NCBI GenBank assembly: GCA_902536385.1 | Contig: CACAWY010000005.1 | Span: 21,991 to 85,990, forward strand | Source of the DNA: an uncultured Pelagibacteraceae bacterium | GTDB lineage: Bacteria > Pseudomonadota > Alphaproteobacteria > Pelagibacterales > Pelagibacteraceae | Reading direction: 5' to 3' | DNA length: 64,000 nt | Shown here: positions 9,471 through 18,549 of the stretch, in pieces | Layout: every line of letters starts with the position of its first letter | Numbering within the stretch: the stretch's first letter is position 1 | The notes under the pieces: generated by a model | Database searches by the model: none | What the model was told of the DNA's origin: nothing | What the model saw: the letters and a program-made list of their open reading frames with translations, nothing else | Position numbers and translations under genes: made by a program

Positions 9471-11420
9471 ATGAATAAAAACGTGTCATTGGCAATAGAG
9501 AAAGCTGTCGGCTCAATTGGCCAAAAAAACCAAAACGAACTAAAGAATAACGGACCTAAAAAGCCTGATTTATTTTCTCTATCTGGAGAGACTGAATTAT
9601 TTCAAAACGAGAAGGGTATCACTATCAAGATTGATAGATCTAGAGATGAAAATTTAACTGATTTTGGAAAAGCCACACTTACAGATAGATATTTAGGTCA
9701 GAACGAAAGTTTTCAAGATTTATTTGCAAGAGTTGCAAGCGTTTATGCTGATGATAATTTACACGCACAAAGAATTTACAATTACATAAGCAATTTATGG
9801 TTTATGCCTGCTACACCTGTTTTATCTAATGGTGGTACAGAAAGAGGGCTACCAATTTCATGTTTCTTAAACGAAGCTAGCGACAGTCTAGAGGGAATTA
9901 CAAATCTTTGGGAAGAAAACGTTTGGCTTGCAGCTAGAGGCGGTGGTATTGGAAGTTATTGGGGAAATCTGAGATCTATAGGAGAAAAGATAGGAAAAGT
10001 TGGAAAAACTTCTGGAATAATTCCATTCATCAAAGTTATGGATTCTTTAACTTTGGCAATAAGTCAAGGCTCTTTAAGAAGAGGTTCAGCTGCTTGTTAT
10101 TTACAAATTGATCATCCCGAAATAGAGGAATTTATCGAAATGAGAAGACCTACTGGTGGAGATGTAAATAGAAGATCACTAAATCTACATCACGGAATTT
10201 TAGTAACAGATGAATTTATGAGAGCAGTAGAAACAGGTGGACAATGGGCGTTGAGAAGCCCCTATGATGGATCTGTTCAACAAACTATATCAGCAAGAAA
10301 TTTATGGATAAGATTATTAACTGCGAGAATTGAAACAGGTGAGCCTTACATCGTTTATATTGATACAGTCAATAGACAAATTCCTCAACACCATAAGCTT
10401 GCTGGATTAAAAGTTAAAACTTCTAATCTTTGCAGTGAAATTACGTTACCAACCGGGGTAGATAATGAGGGTAATCAAAGGACAGCTGTTTGTTGTTTAT
10501 CATCACTAAACTTAGATACTTACGATCATTGGAAAGATGATCCGCAATTTGTTGAGGACGTAATGAGATTTTTAGATAATGTTATGACTGATTTTATCAA
10601 TAGAGCTCCTGATGAATTTGCTCATGCAAAATATTCAGCAATGAGGGAAAGAAGTGTTGGTCTTGGAGTTATGGGATTACATTCATACTTCCAGCAAAAA
10701 AATATTCCTTTTGGATCGGTAATGAGCAAAGTTTGGAATAAAAAAATATTTAAAAATATTCAAGAAAAAGTTGATGAAGCCTCAAAGACTTTAGCTGATG
10801 AAAGAGGATCTTGCCCTGATGCAGCAGAGTATGGAATGAAAGAGAGATTTTCAAACAAAACTGCAATAGCTCCAACAGCTTCTATATCAATCATTTGTGG
10901 TGGTTCTTCCCCCGGAATAGAACCTATTGCTGCTAATAGTTATACTCATAAAACGCTTTCAGGTTCGTTCAATGTTAAAAATAAATATCTAAAAAAGATA
11001 CTTCAAAGATATAACAAGGATACAGACGAAGTTTGGTCAAGCATTACTACTAATCAAGGATCCGTATCCCATTTAAATTTTTTAACCGCGAATGAAAAAG
11101 ATACTTTTAAAACTGCTTTTGAAATCGATCAAAGATGGATCGTTGAGTTAGGTGCTGATAGAACGCCTCATATATCACAAGCACAATCAGTAAATATTTT
11201 CGTACCTGCAGATATACATAAAAAAGAACTTCACAATATTCATTTTCAAGCGTGGAAAAAAGGTTTGAAAAGCCTTTATTATTGTAGATCCAAATCAATC
11301 CAGAGAGCTGAAAATGTAAACAATGGATCTTCAACAGATGTGACAAAAAATGTTTACTCTGGAAAACAAGAATCAAATAATGAAAATAACAACTATGAGG
11401 AGTGTTTATCATGTCAGTAG
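9471..11420 (+). CDS. nrdA: Class I ribonucleotide reductase alpha subunit, no recognisable ATP cone
   Basis: PATPVLSNGG, ISCFL, SNLCSEI, IAPTAS, KSLYYCRS, C-terminal CLSCQ. Confidence 0.95.
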   Translation: MNKNVSLAIEKAVGSIGQKNQNELKNNGPKKPDLFSLSGETELFQNEKGITIKIDRSRDENLTDFGKATLTDRYLGQNESFQDLFARVASVYADDNLHAQRIYNYISNLWFMPATPVLSNGGTERGLPISCFLNEASDSLEGITNLWEENVWLAARGGGIGSYWGNLRSIGEKIGKVGKTSGIIPFIKVMDSLTLAISQGSLRRGSAACYLQIDHPEIEEFIEMRRPTGGDVNRRSLNLHHGILVTDEFMRAVETGGQWALRSPYDGSVQQTISARNLWIRLLTARIETGEPYIVYIDTVNRQIPQHHKLAGLKVKTSNLCSEITLPTGVDNEGNQRTAVCCLSSLNLDTYDHWKDDPQFVEDVMRFLDNVMTDFINRAPDEFAHAKYSAMRERSVGLGVMGLHSYFQQKNIPFGSVMSKVWNKKIFKNIQEKVDEASKTLADERGSCPDAAEYGMKERFSNKTAIAPTASISIICGGSSPGIEPIAANSYTHKTLSGSFNVKNKYLKKILQRYNKDTDEVWSSITTNQGSVSHLNFLTANEKDTFKTAFEIDQRWIVELGADRTPHISQAQSVNIFVPADIHKKELHNIHFQAWKKGLKSLYYCRSKSIQRAENVNNGSSTDVTKNVYSGKQESNNENNNYEECLSCQ

Positions 11421-12418
11421 CAGAAAAAACTAAACCAGCAATAATTCAGCCTAATAAAATGGGCTTATTAGTAGAAAACCCAGTATATAAACCATTTAGA
11501 TATCCATGGTGTTACGATGCCTGGTTAACTCAACAAAGAATTCATTGGCTTCCAGAAGAAGTGCCATTAGGAGACGACGTAAGAGATTGGCAAAAAAATC
11601 TATCAATTGAAGAAAAAAATCTTTTAACCCACATATTCAGATTTTTTACTCAAGCAGACGTTGAAGTAAATAATTGCTATTTAAGACATTACACAACTGT
11701 TTTTAAGCCTACAGAAGTTTTAATGATGATGACAGCCTTTGCTGCAATGGAAACTGTTCATATCGCTGCGTATTCTCATCTATTAGACACTATAGGAATG
11801 CCAGAGACAGAATATTCCGCTTTCTTACAATATAAAGAAATGAAAGATAAATACGACTACATGCAAGGCTTTGATGTTAAATCTAAGCATAACATTGCAA
11901 TGACAATGGCAGTGTTCTCAGCATTTACTGAGGGCTTACAATTATTTGCAAGTTTTGCAATTTTATTAAACTTCCCAAGATTTAATAAGATGAAGGGAAT
12001 GGGGCAAATAGTAACTTGGTCAGTTAGAGACGAAACTTTGCACTGTAATTCTATGATTAGACTTTTCAGAGATTTCATTAAAGAGGAACCACAAATTTGG
12101 AATGATAAATTAAAAAATGAAATCTATGAAGCTTGCAAAACAATCGTTCACCATGAAGATGCATTTATCGATCTTGCTTTTCAAATGGGTCCAATGCAAG
12201 GTTTAACAGCTGAAGAAGTAAAACAGTATATTAGATTTATTGGTAACAGAAGATTAGAGCAACTAGGTCTAAAGCCAATATATGACGTTAAGAAAAATCC
12301 ATTAACATGGTTAGACACAATGCTTAATGGAGTAGAGCACATGAACTTTTTTGAAGGAAGAGCTACAGAATATTCTAAAGCTTCGACACAAGGTACATGG
12401 GGCGAAGTTTTTGCTTAA
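11411..12418 (+). CDS. nrdB: Class I ribonucleotide reductase beta subunit
   Basis: HWLPEEV, FFTQAD, METVH..AYS, EGLQLF, RDETLH, NFFE.RATEYSK; start chosen at ATG 11411 (11402 also possible). Confidence 0.95.
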   Translation: MSVAEKTKPAIIQPNKMGLLVENPVYKPFRYPWCYDAWLTQQRIHWLPEEVPLGDDVRDWQKNLSIEEKNLLTHIFRFFTQADVEVNNCYLRHYTTVFKPTEVLMMMTAFAAMETVHIAAYSHLLDTIGMPETEYSAFLQYKEMKDKYDYMQGFDVKSKHNIAMTMAVFSAFTEGLQLFASFAILLNFPRFNKMKGMGQIVTWSVRDETLHCNSMIRLFRDFIKEEPQIWNDKLKNEIYEACKTIVHHEDAFIDLAFQMGPMQGLTAEEVKQYIRFIGNRRLEQLGLKPIYDVKKNPLTWLDTMLNGVEHMNFFEGRATEYSKASTQGTWGEVFA

Positions 12419-12421
12419 TAT

Positions 12422-13069
12422 TTGCATTTAAAATATAAAAGTTATTGGAGAAAATCTGGCTTAAAAGGAAAATGGGGAAACATTTTTCTTGAGAGACTTT
12501 CAAATTATAATCCGAAAAATATTTTGGAGATAGGTGTTTTTTGCGGTGTGACTGCAAAAAATATCTGCAATTTTTTATATAAAACAAATGGAAATAATTT
12601 TTCTTACACGGGGATAGATTTATTTGGCGTCGATCAAAAAGATAAAAGAGATGAGATTAAACCTAATTTTTTAAAAGATCAGAAATTTTCTAATCCATTA
12701 AAAAATATTTATTATAATTATATTCTAAAAGAAAATTTAAATTCAATTGAAAGTGTTCAAAAACTCTTGAAAGAATATAGCCAAAACATAAAGTTAATCG
12801 CTGGTGATACAAATAAGGTTTTAAAAGAAATAGATTTACAAAAAATCGATTTCGTATTCCTTGATGGGGGACATAGTTACGAAACTGTAACTAATGATCT
12901 CATGATTTTATATGGAGGCATGAAAGATAAGAAGAAAGTTATTCTATGTGATGATTATGGTAAAGAAAGTTATATTGAAGAAGTAGAAAAAGCAATTAAC
13001 GATTTCACCAAAAAAAATAATCTTAAATTAAATTTAATAGAAAATAGATTTGCAGAAATAATTACCTAA
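12422..13069 (+). CDS. Class I SAM-dependent methyltransferase (Methyltransf_24-like)
   Basis: ILEIGVFCG, GIDLF, FVFLDGGHSYE, CDDY. Confidence 0.8.
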   Translation: MHLKYKSYWRKSGLKGKWGNIFLERLSNYNPKNILEIGVFCGVTAKNICNFLYKTNGNNFSYTGIDLFGVDQKDKRDEIKPNFLKDQKFSNPLKNIYYNYILKENLNSIESVQKLLKEYSQNIKLIAGDTNKVLKEIDLQKIDFVFLDGGHSYETVTNDLMILYGGMKDKKKVILCDDYGKESYIEEVEKAINDFTKKNNLKLNLIENRFAEIIT

Positions 13070-13074
13070 GAAAA

Positions 13075-13794
13075 TTATTCCCAATCAAATTTTGGAAAAG
13101 TATCAAAAACTTGTAAAACTTTATCAGACCACTGATTACAAATTCTTTTATAATCTTCATCAGATGTATTCAAACATTTGAGATAAGATAATTTTTTTTG
13201 ATTTTTTTTATAAACAGCTATATCTATTGGTGGGCCAACTGTTAAATCACTTTTTAGTGTGGAGTCCATAGAGATCAACGCACATCTTGATGCATCGCCA
13301 ATAGATACTTTTGGAGTTATCACTCTGTCGAGTATTGGTTTACCGTACTTTACTTCGCCAATTACTAAATAAGGCTTACTGTCTGCAGGTCTTATGTAAT
13401 TTCCTTGAGGATAAACGAGGTACAATTCTAAATCCTGACCTTTTATTTGTCCCCCAATAATAAAAGTAGCCCCTAAAACAAGACTGTCTGTGTTTACCCC
13501 GTCCGGAGATGAATGTTTAATCGTAAGTTTTCCAACATATGATGCTATTTGTTCAAAATCTTTACATTTATTCAGATTTAATGAGGAATTATCTTTTATG
13601 TCCTTCTCAATAGACTTGAAAACCGCTTGGGATGTTGCCAAGTTTCCTGAAGTAACAATTACAACAGTTCTATCTCCTACATCGTAAGTAAGCATTTTAG
13701 AGTATATATTTACATTATCTAAACCAGCGTTTGTTCTTGAGTCGGAAGCCAAGACAACGCCTTCATTAGTCTTAATACCAATACAATATGTCAT
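13075..13794 (-). CDS. Proteasome-type Ntn protease (Anbu)
   Basis: N-terminal MTYC (Thr nucleophile after Met removal), SDSRTNAG.DN, GNLATSQ, YPQGN, IGEVKYGKPILDR, SMDSTLKS.LTVG.PID. Confidence 0.9.
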   Translation of the reverse strand: MTYCIGIKTNEGVVLASDSRTNAGLDNVNIYSKMLTYDVGDRTVVIVTSGNLATSQAVFKSIEKDIKDNSSLNLNKCKDFEQIASYVGKLTIKHSSPDGVNTDSLVLGATFIIGGQIKGQDLELYLVYPQGNYIRPADSKPYLVIGEVKYGKPILDRVITPKVSIGDASRCALISMDSTLKSDLTVGPPIDIAVYKKNQKKLSYLKCLNTSDEDYKRICNQWSDKVLQVFDTFPKFDWE

Positions 13795-13899
13795 GGTGAA
13801 TTCTTATTTAAAAAACAGTAATTATTCAATTCTTTATTATCATAGCTATTATCGAATTTGTGCATTTGATAAAGGTAATAAACTATAAAGAATTAAAAG

Positions 13900-15342
13900 A
13901 TGGTTAATTTATGGAAAAAATATGACTCTAAAAAAACTTATGATGAGTATCTTAACTCAGACCATAAGTTGCGTAGGCAGGCTATAATAATCTCACATAT
14001 TTTAGAAAGGCACGGAATTAAAAAATTAAATGAAATTGAAAAAAATTGTGCAAGCACCATAAGCGCAAGAGGAATTAACTTTAGAGTATATTCATCTGGT
14101 AAAAAACTTCACGAAAAAAAATGGCCATTAGATATAATACCAAGAATAATTTTAAAAAAAGATTGGTCGAAGGTTTCTAAAGGCTTACTTCAAAGAGTTA
14201 AAGCGCTTAACTTATTTATTGATGATGTATACAATGATAGGAAAATATTTAAAGATAATATTATTCCTGAAGAGTTAGTATTTAATTCTCCTCATTACTT
14301 GAGAGAGTGTTATGGATTTTCTCCAAAATATAAATCTTGGTCAAATATTTCAGGGGTTGATTTAATTAGAAATATTGATGGAGAGTTTATGGTTCTTGAA
14401 GACAATCTTAGAGTTCCTTCAGGTGTTTCATACATGCTTGAAAATCGAATGGTAATGAGGGATGTTTTTCCAGAATTATTTACGAAATATAAAGTTGCCT
14501 CAGTCCACCAGTATCCTAATAAATTATATCATTGCATGCTAGAGTGTGTTCCTAGAAAAACTAAAAATCCACACATGTGCGTTTTGACTCCAGGAAGATT
14601 TAATTCAGCTTACTTTGAGCACAGATTTTTAGCTGAACAAATGGGTATAGCTTTAGTCGAAGGAAAAGATTTATTTGTCGAGAAAGACTTTGTTTTTATG
14701 AAAACTGTTACTGGACCGTTAAAAGTAGATTGTATTTATAGAAGAATAGATGATAATTTTTTAGATCCAAAAGTTTTTTATAAACACTCGTTACTAGGTG
14801 TACCAGGTTTATTTAAATGTTGGAGAAAAGGAAACGTTGGTATTATAAACGCACCTGGGACTGGCATCGCTGATGATAAAGCAATTTACTCATATGTAGA
14901 CAAGATGATTAAATTTTATTTAGATGAGGAGCCTAAACTTAAACAAGTAAAAACTTTTTTATGTAGAAAAAAAATTCATAAAGATCATGTTATAGAAAAT
15001 ATTTCAAGATTAGTTGTTAAACCTACTAATGGATCTGGAGGAAATGGAATATTAATTGGGCCTAAATCGTCTAAAGATGAGCGAGAACTAATGATTAATA
15101 AGATTAAAGCTAAGCCCGAGGCATATATTGCTCAACCATTAGAAATACTTTCAACAACACCAACAATTTCTGAACAAGGAATTGAACCAAGACATTTAGA
15201 TCTCAGACCATTCGTCTTGACTGGAAAAAAATCTTGGGTAACAACAGGTGGACTTACTAGAGTAGCTCTTAAAAAAGGAAGCACTATCGTGAACAGTTCT
15301 CAAGGTGGAGGGTCAAAAGATACTTTAGTTATAGAAGTATAA
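13900..15342 (+). CDS. Circularly permuted type 2 ATP-grasp protein
   Basis: PLDIIPRI, VLEDNLRVPSGVSYMLENR, LTPG.FNSAYFEH, IYRRIDD.FLDP, GGLTRVAL...S.IVNSSQGGGSKDT. Confidence 0.92.
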   Translation: MVNLWKKYDSKKTYDEYLNSDHKLRRQAIIISHILERHGIKKLNEIEKNCASTISARGINFRVYSSGKKLHEKKWPLDIIPRIILKKDWSKVSKGLLQRVKALNLFIDDVYNDRKIFKDNIIPEELVFNSPHYLRECYGFSPKYKSWSNISGVDLIRNIDGEFMVLEDNLRVPSGVSYMLENRMVMRDVFPELFTKYKVASVHQYPNKLYHCMLECVPRKTKNPHMCVLTPGRFNSAYFEHRFLAEQMGIALVEGKDLFVEKDFVFMKTVTGPLKVDCIYRRIDDNFLDPKVFYKHSLLGVPGLFKCWRKGNVGIINAPGTGIADDKAIYSYVDKMIKFYLDEEPKLKQVKTFLCRKKIHKDHVIENISRLVVKPTNGSGGNGILIGPKSSKDERELMINKIKAKPEAYIAQPLEILSTTPTISEQGIEPRHLDLRPFVLTGKKSWVTTGGLTRVALKKGSTIVNSSQGGGSKDTLVIEV

Positions 15343-15373
15343 ACTTAACATTTTTTTGTGCTAAAATGTTCAA

Positions 15374-16171
15374 ATGTACACAAATTCATCCACTTTAATA
15401 TTTACTGATCTTGATGGAACACTTTTAAATAGAGATACTTTTAAGTTTGACAGTATTAAACCTTTTCTAATAGAGCTAAAAAACAAAAATATTATAATCA
15501 TACCAAATTCAAGTAAAACTGAAGATGAAATAATTGAATTTAATAATGAAGCTAATTTTCAATTTCCATTTATCAGTGAAAATGGGTCAATTATTCATAA
15601 CCTAAATTTTTTAAACGACGAATTTCCAAACAAAATTATGCTGGCAAAAAATATTCATGAAATTCAAAATATTTTCGATAAAAATATAAATCAAGATTTA
15701 AAGTCAAAATGCAAAGTAATTTCAAGTCTTACAATGTCGGAACAAACTAAAATTTTTGGTTTACCTGAAAATAAACTTAAAAAAGTCTATAAGAGATCAT
15801 GTACAATACCCATAATATTTGAAGGAAATAATGAGGAAAAATTAAGTTTAAAAAAAATATTATTAAAAAATGGTTTAGATTTTAAAGATGGGGGAAGAGT
15901 TTTAAATTTAGGTGATAGAGTAAATAAAGCTGACGCCATGAAAAAAATAACTCAAATGCTTGAAACTAAATTCAAATATAAACCAAAAACTATAGCAGTT
16001 GGTGATAATTATAATGATTTAGAGATGCTTCAAAATTCAGATATACCTTGTTTAGTAAAAAATGATAAGTTTTTAAATGAAAACCTAAAAATTAAAAATT
16101 TGATAATATCAAAACAAGCTGCACCAGAAGGTTGGGTAGAGATTGTCAAATTGGCACTAGAAAAAATTTAA
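15374..16171 (+). CDS. HAD-IIB mannosyl-/glucosyl-3-phosphoglycerate phosphatase (GpgP/YedP-like)
   Basis: FTDLDGTLL, SSKT..EI, PFISENG, GGR, GDNYND..ML, APEGW. Confidence 0.82.
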   Translation: MYTNSSTLIFTDLDGTLLNRDTFKFDSIKPFLIELKNKNIIIIPNSSKTEDEIIEFNNEANFQFPFISENGSIIHNLNFLNDEFPNKIMLAKNIHEIQNIFDKNINQDLKSKCKVISSLTMSEQTKIFGLPENKLKKVYKRSCTIPIIFEGNNEEKLSLKKILLKNGLDFKDGGRVLNLGDRVNKADAMKKITQMLETKFKYKPKTIAVGDNYNDLEMLQNSDIPCLVKNDKFLNENLKIKNLIISKQAAPEGWVEIVKLALEKI

Positions 16172-16191
16172 TAAAAGGAATAAATTTTATT

Positions 16192-17412
16192 ATGGGTGAT
16201 TTTTCTCAAAATGGAATAATTTCAAATCTCCACGATTTTGGAACTAAAACTACAGCTGATATAGAAAAAGAATTAGTAAAATTTTCTAAAGAAAGAAAAA
16301 TGGAATTAATTTTACCAAGCTTATATTCTGAGTTAAAAGGAGATGCTTTACCTAATATTGTAAAACAGATTGGTGAAACAAAATATCTGAATCATATTAT
16401 TGTTGGTTTAGACAAAGCTTCAAAAGCTGAAGCCGTTAAAGCTTGGAAATTTTTTAAAAAATTAAAGACACCTTTTACAATTTTATGGAATGATGGACCT
16501 AGATTAAAAAAATTACATGAAGAACTTAAAGAAAAAGGTTTAGCACCGAGCGAAATGGGAAAGGGAAGAAATGTTTGGTATTGTCTTGGCATGTGTATAG
16601 CACGAGATGAAGCTAGATCTGTCGCTCTTCACGATTGTGATATTAAAACTTACGACAGGAGAATGTTAGCAAAGTTATTTTATCCTGTTGTAAATCCTTT
16701 TTTTAATTTTGAGTTTTGTAAAGGATATTATCCAAGAATATCCAAAGGAAAAATGAATGGAAGAGTTGCAAGATTACTAGTATTTCCTTTATTAAATGCT
16801 TTAGAAAAAACTATTGGAAGAAGTGATTATTTAGATTTCATGAAATCATTTAAATATCCTCTTGCAGGAGAGTTTTCTTTTAGAAGAAACGTTTTACCAG
16901 AGTTGAGAATATCGTCTGACTGGGGTATTGAAGTAGGTATTCTATCAGAAATGCAAAGAAATTTTTCCCCTCAAAATATTTGCCAGGTCGATTTAGCAGA
17001 TAAATATGATCACAAACATCAGGACTTATCAGCAAATAACGAAAACAAAGGATTATCAAGGATGTCTTTAGATATAATCAAAACATTAATAAGAAAATTA
17101 GCAACACAAGGAAATACGTTTAGCCCTGAATATTTTAGATCATTAAAAGCTACATATTACCGATATGCATTAGATTTAATCGATATTTATAGAAGTGATG
17201 CTGAAATGAATGGTTTTAAATTTGATTCTCATACTGAGGAAAAAACAGTTGAGTTATTTGCTTTAAATATAATCAAGGCCGGCGACTCCTTCTTAAAGAG
17301 TCCTATGGATACCCCGTTTATACCAACCTGGAGCAGAGTCAAAAGTGCTATTCCCGATTATTTAAAAAGACTTAAAGAAGCAATTAATGAAGATAACAAA
17401 AATTTTAGCTAA
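16192..17412 (+). CDS. Glucosyl-3-phosphoglycerate synthase-like glycosyltransferase (GpgS type)
   Basis: MGDFSQNGIISNLH, LPSLYSEL, WNDGP, GKGRNVW, HDCDI, YPLAGEF, YDHKHQ; ATG at 16192 preferred to the TTG at 16132. Confidence 0.78.
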   Translation: MGDFSQNGIISNLHDFGTKTTADIEKELVKFSKERKMELILPSLYSELKGDALPNIVKQIGETKYLNHIIVGLDKASKAEAVKAWKFFKKLKTPFTILWNDGPRLKKLHEELKEKGLAPSEMGKGRNVWYCLGMCIARDEARSVALHDCDIKTYDRRMLAKLFYPVVNPFFNFEFCKGYYPRISKGKMNGRVARLLVFPLLNALEKTIGRSDYLDFMKSFKYPLAGEFSFRRNVLPELRISSDWGIEVGILSEMQRNFSPQNICQVDLADKYDHKHQDLSANNENKGLSRMSLDIIKTLIRKLATQGNTFSPEYFRSLKATYYRYALDLIDIYRSDAEMNGFKFDSHTEEKTVELFALNIIKAGDSFLKSPMDTPFIPTWSRVKSAIPDYLKRLKEAINEDNKNFS

Positions 17413-17454
17413 TGTTAAAATTATTTTTAATTAAGTTTTTTATTTTAAATATTC

Positions 17455-18477
17455 TTAGCAACCTTTAAAAGATTTAGACATATTACTGATTAAATCAAAA
17501 TATAAAGTTTTTCCTGGATTTAGAGTTGCTCCTAAAGGATCTATAACTCCAGTCTTAATATTAGTATCTTTCGCTACTGCTTTGATAATGTCAGGATTAA
17601 ATTGAGGTTCAGAAAATACGCAGCTTACTTTTTCATGCTCAATTACCTCTCTGATTTCAGCTAATTGTTCTGCACCAGGTAATACATCGGTATTTACTGT
17701 AAAAGCTCCTAAAACATTAACATCAAATCTTTTTTCGAAGTATTGGTAGGCGTCATGAAAAACAATAGATTTAAAATCTTTATTTAACTGAGATTTTACT
17801 TTTTTTGTAAGCTTATCTAAATCTTTGTGTGCTTTTTTTAAATTAGCTTTGTATTTTGATGCATTTTCTTGATCGTTTTCAATTAGATGCTCTGCCATTT
17901 CACTTAAAATTACTTTTGCATTCATTGGATCAAGCCAAATATGTGGATCGTGCTCACCGTGACCATGTCCGTGATGATCGTCATGTTTATCTTCTTTGTG
18001 ACCGTGTTCTTTATGATCGTCATGTTTATCTTCTTTGTGACCGTGTTCTTTATGATCGTCATGTTTATCTTCTTTGTGACCGTGTTCTTTATGATCATCA
18101 TGATTATCGAATATGTTTCTTTCTCTAAATTCTAATTTTGTTAATCCCTTAATTTCCATTAATTCTATTTTCTCAGCTTTTTTTGCTATTGATTTTAAAG
18201 GTTTTTCTAAAAAATTTTCTAAATCTTCACCAACCCAAAATATTAGGTCAGCATTTTGTAGCATTTTTGCGTGTGAAGGCTTCATAGCAAACCCATGAGG
18301 TGAAGCATATCCGTCTACTATCAAATCTGGTTTACCCACTCCATCCATCAAATAACTTGCTAATGAATGTATAGGTTTAATTGAAGCGACTACTTTAATA
18401 TCAGCATTTGCTGGTGAAAAAATAGTTAATAAAGATATTATTGATAAAATAAATGGTAATTTTTTAATGTTTTTCAT
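17455..18477 (-). CDS. znuA: Zinc ABC transporter substrate-binding protein with His-rich loop
   Basis: ASIKPIHSL, SPH, His/Asp/Glu-rich loop, DPHIWLDP, FHDAYQYFE, FSEPQF. Confidence 0.93.
   Translation of the reverse strand: MKNIKKLPFILSIISLLTIFSPANADIKVVASIKPIHSLASYLMDGVGKPDLIVDGYASPHGFAMKPSHAKMLQNADLIFWVGEDLENFLEKPLKSIAKKAEKIELMEIKGLTKLEFRERNIFDNHDDHKEHGHKEDKHDDHKEHGHKEDKHDDHKEHGHKEDKHDDHHGHGHGEHDPHIWLDPMNAKVILSEMAEHLIENDQENASKYKANLKKAHKDLDKLTKKVKSQLNKDFKSIVFHDAYQYFEKRFDVNVLGAFTVNTDVLPGAEQLAEIREVIEHEKVSCVFSEPQFNPDIIKAVAKDTNIKTGVIDPLGATLNPGKTLYFDLISNMSKSFKGC
17974..18096. repeat. Perfect 39-bp tandem repeat x3 (plus partial) encoding the His-rich ZnuA loop
   Basis: ATGATCGTCATGTTTATCTTCTTTGTGACCGTGTTCTTT begins at 17974, 18013 and 18052; partial copy at 18091. 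Confidence 0.95.
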
Positions 18478-18496
18478 AATGATAATATTTAAAATT

Positions 18497-18529
18497 TGTT
18501 ATAATATAACACTATGTAATAATATAACA
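18497..18529. promoter_or_regulatory. Two adjacent Zur boxes in the znuA/znuC divergent region
   Basis: TGTTATAATATAACA (18497-18511, perfect palindrome) and TGTAATAATATAACA (18515-18529) match the proteobacterial Zur core TGTTATA-N-TATAACA. Confidence 0.8.
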
Positions 18530-18549
18530 TTTTTAAGTCAAGGAAAAAA

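Noticed and set aside
16132-16191. Longer TTG start for the GpgS-like gene
   Set aside because: It overlaps the phosphatase gene; the family-typical N-terminus MGDF.Q.G begins at ATG 16192.
17974-18096. Possible CRISPR array
   Set aside because: Units are contiguous with no unique spacers, lie in frame within znuA, and no cas genes are present.
17856-18135. Plus-strand ORFs of 90 and 64 aa with repeating sequences
   Set aside because: Antisense shadows of the 39-bp repeat inside znuA; the repeat simply lacks stops in those frames.
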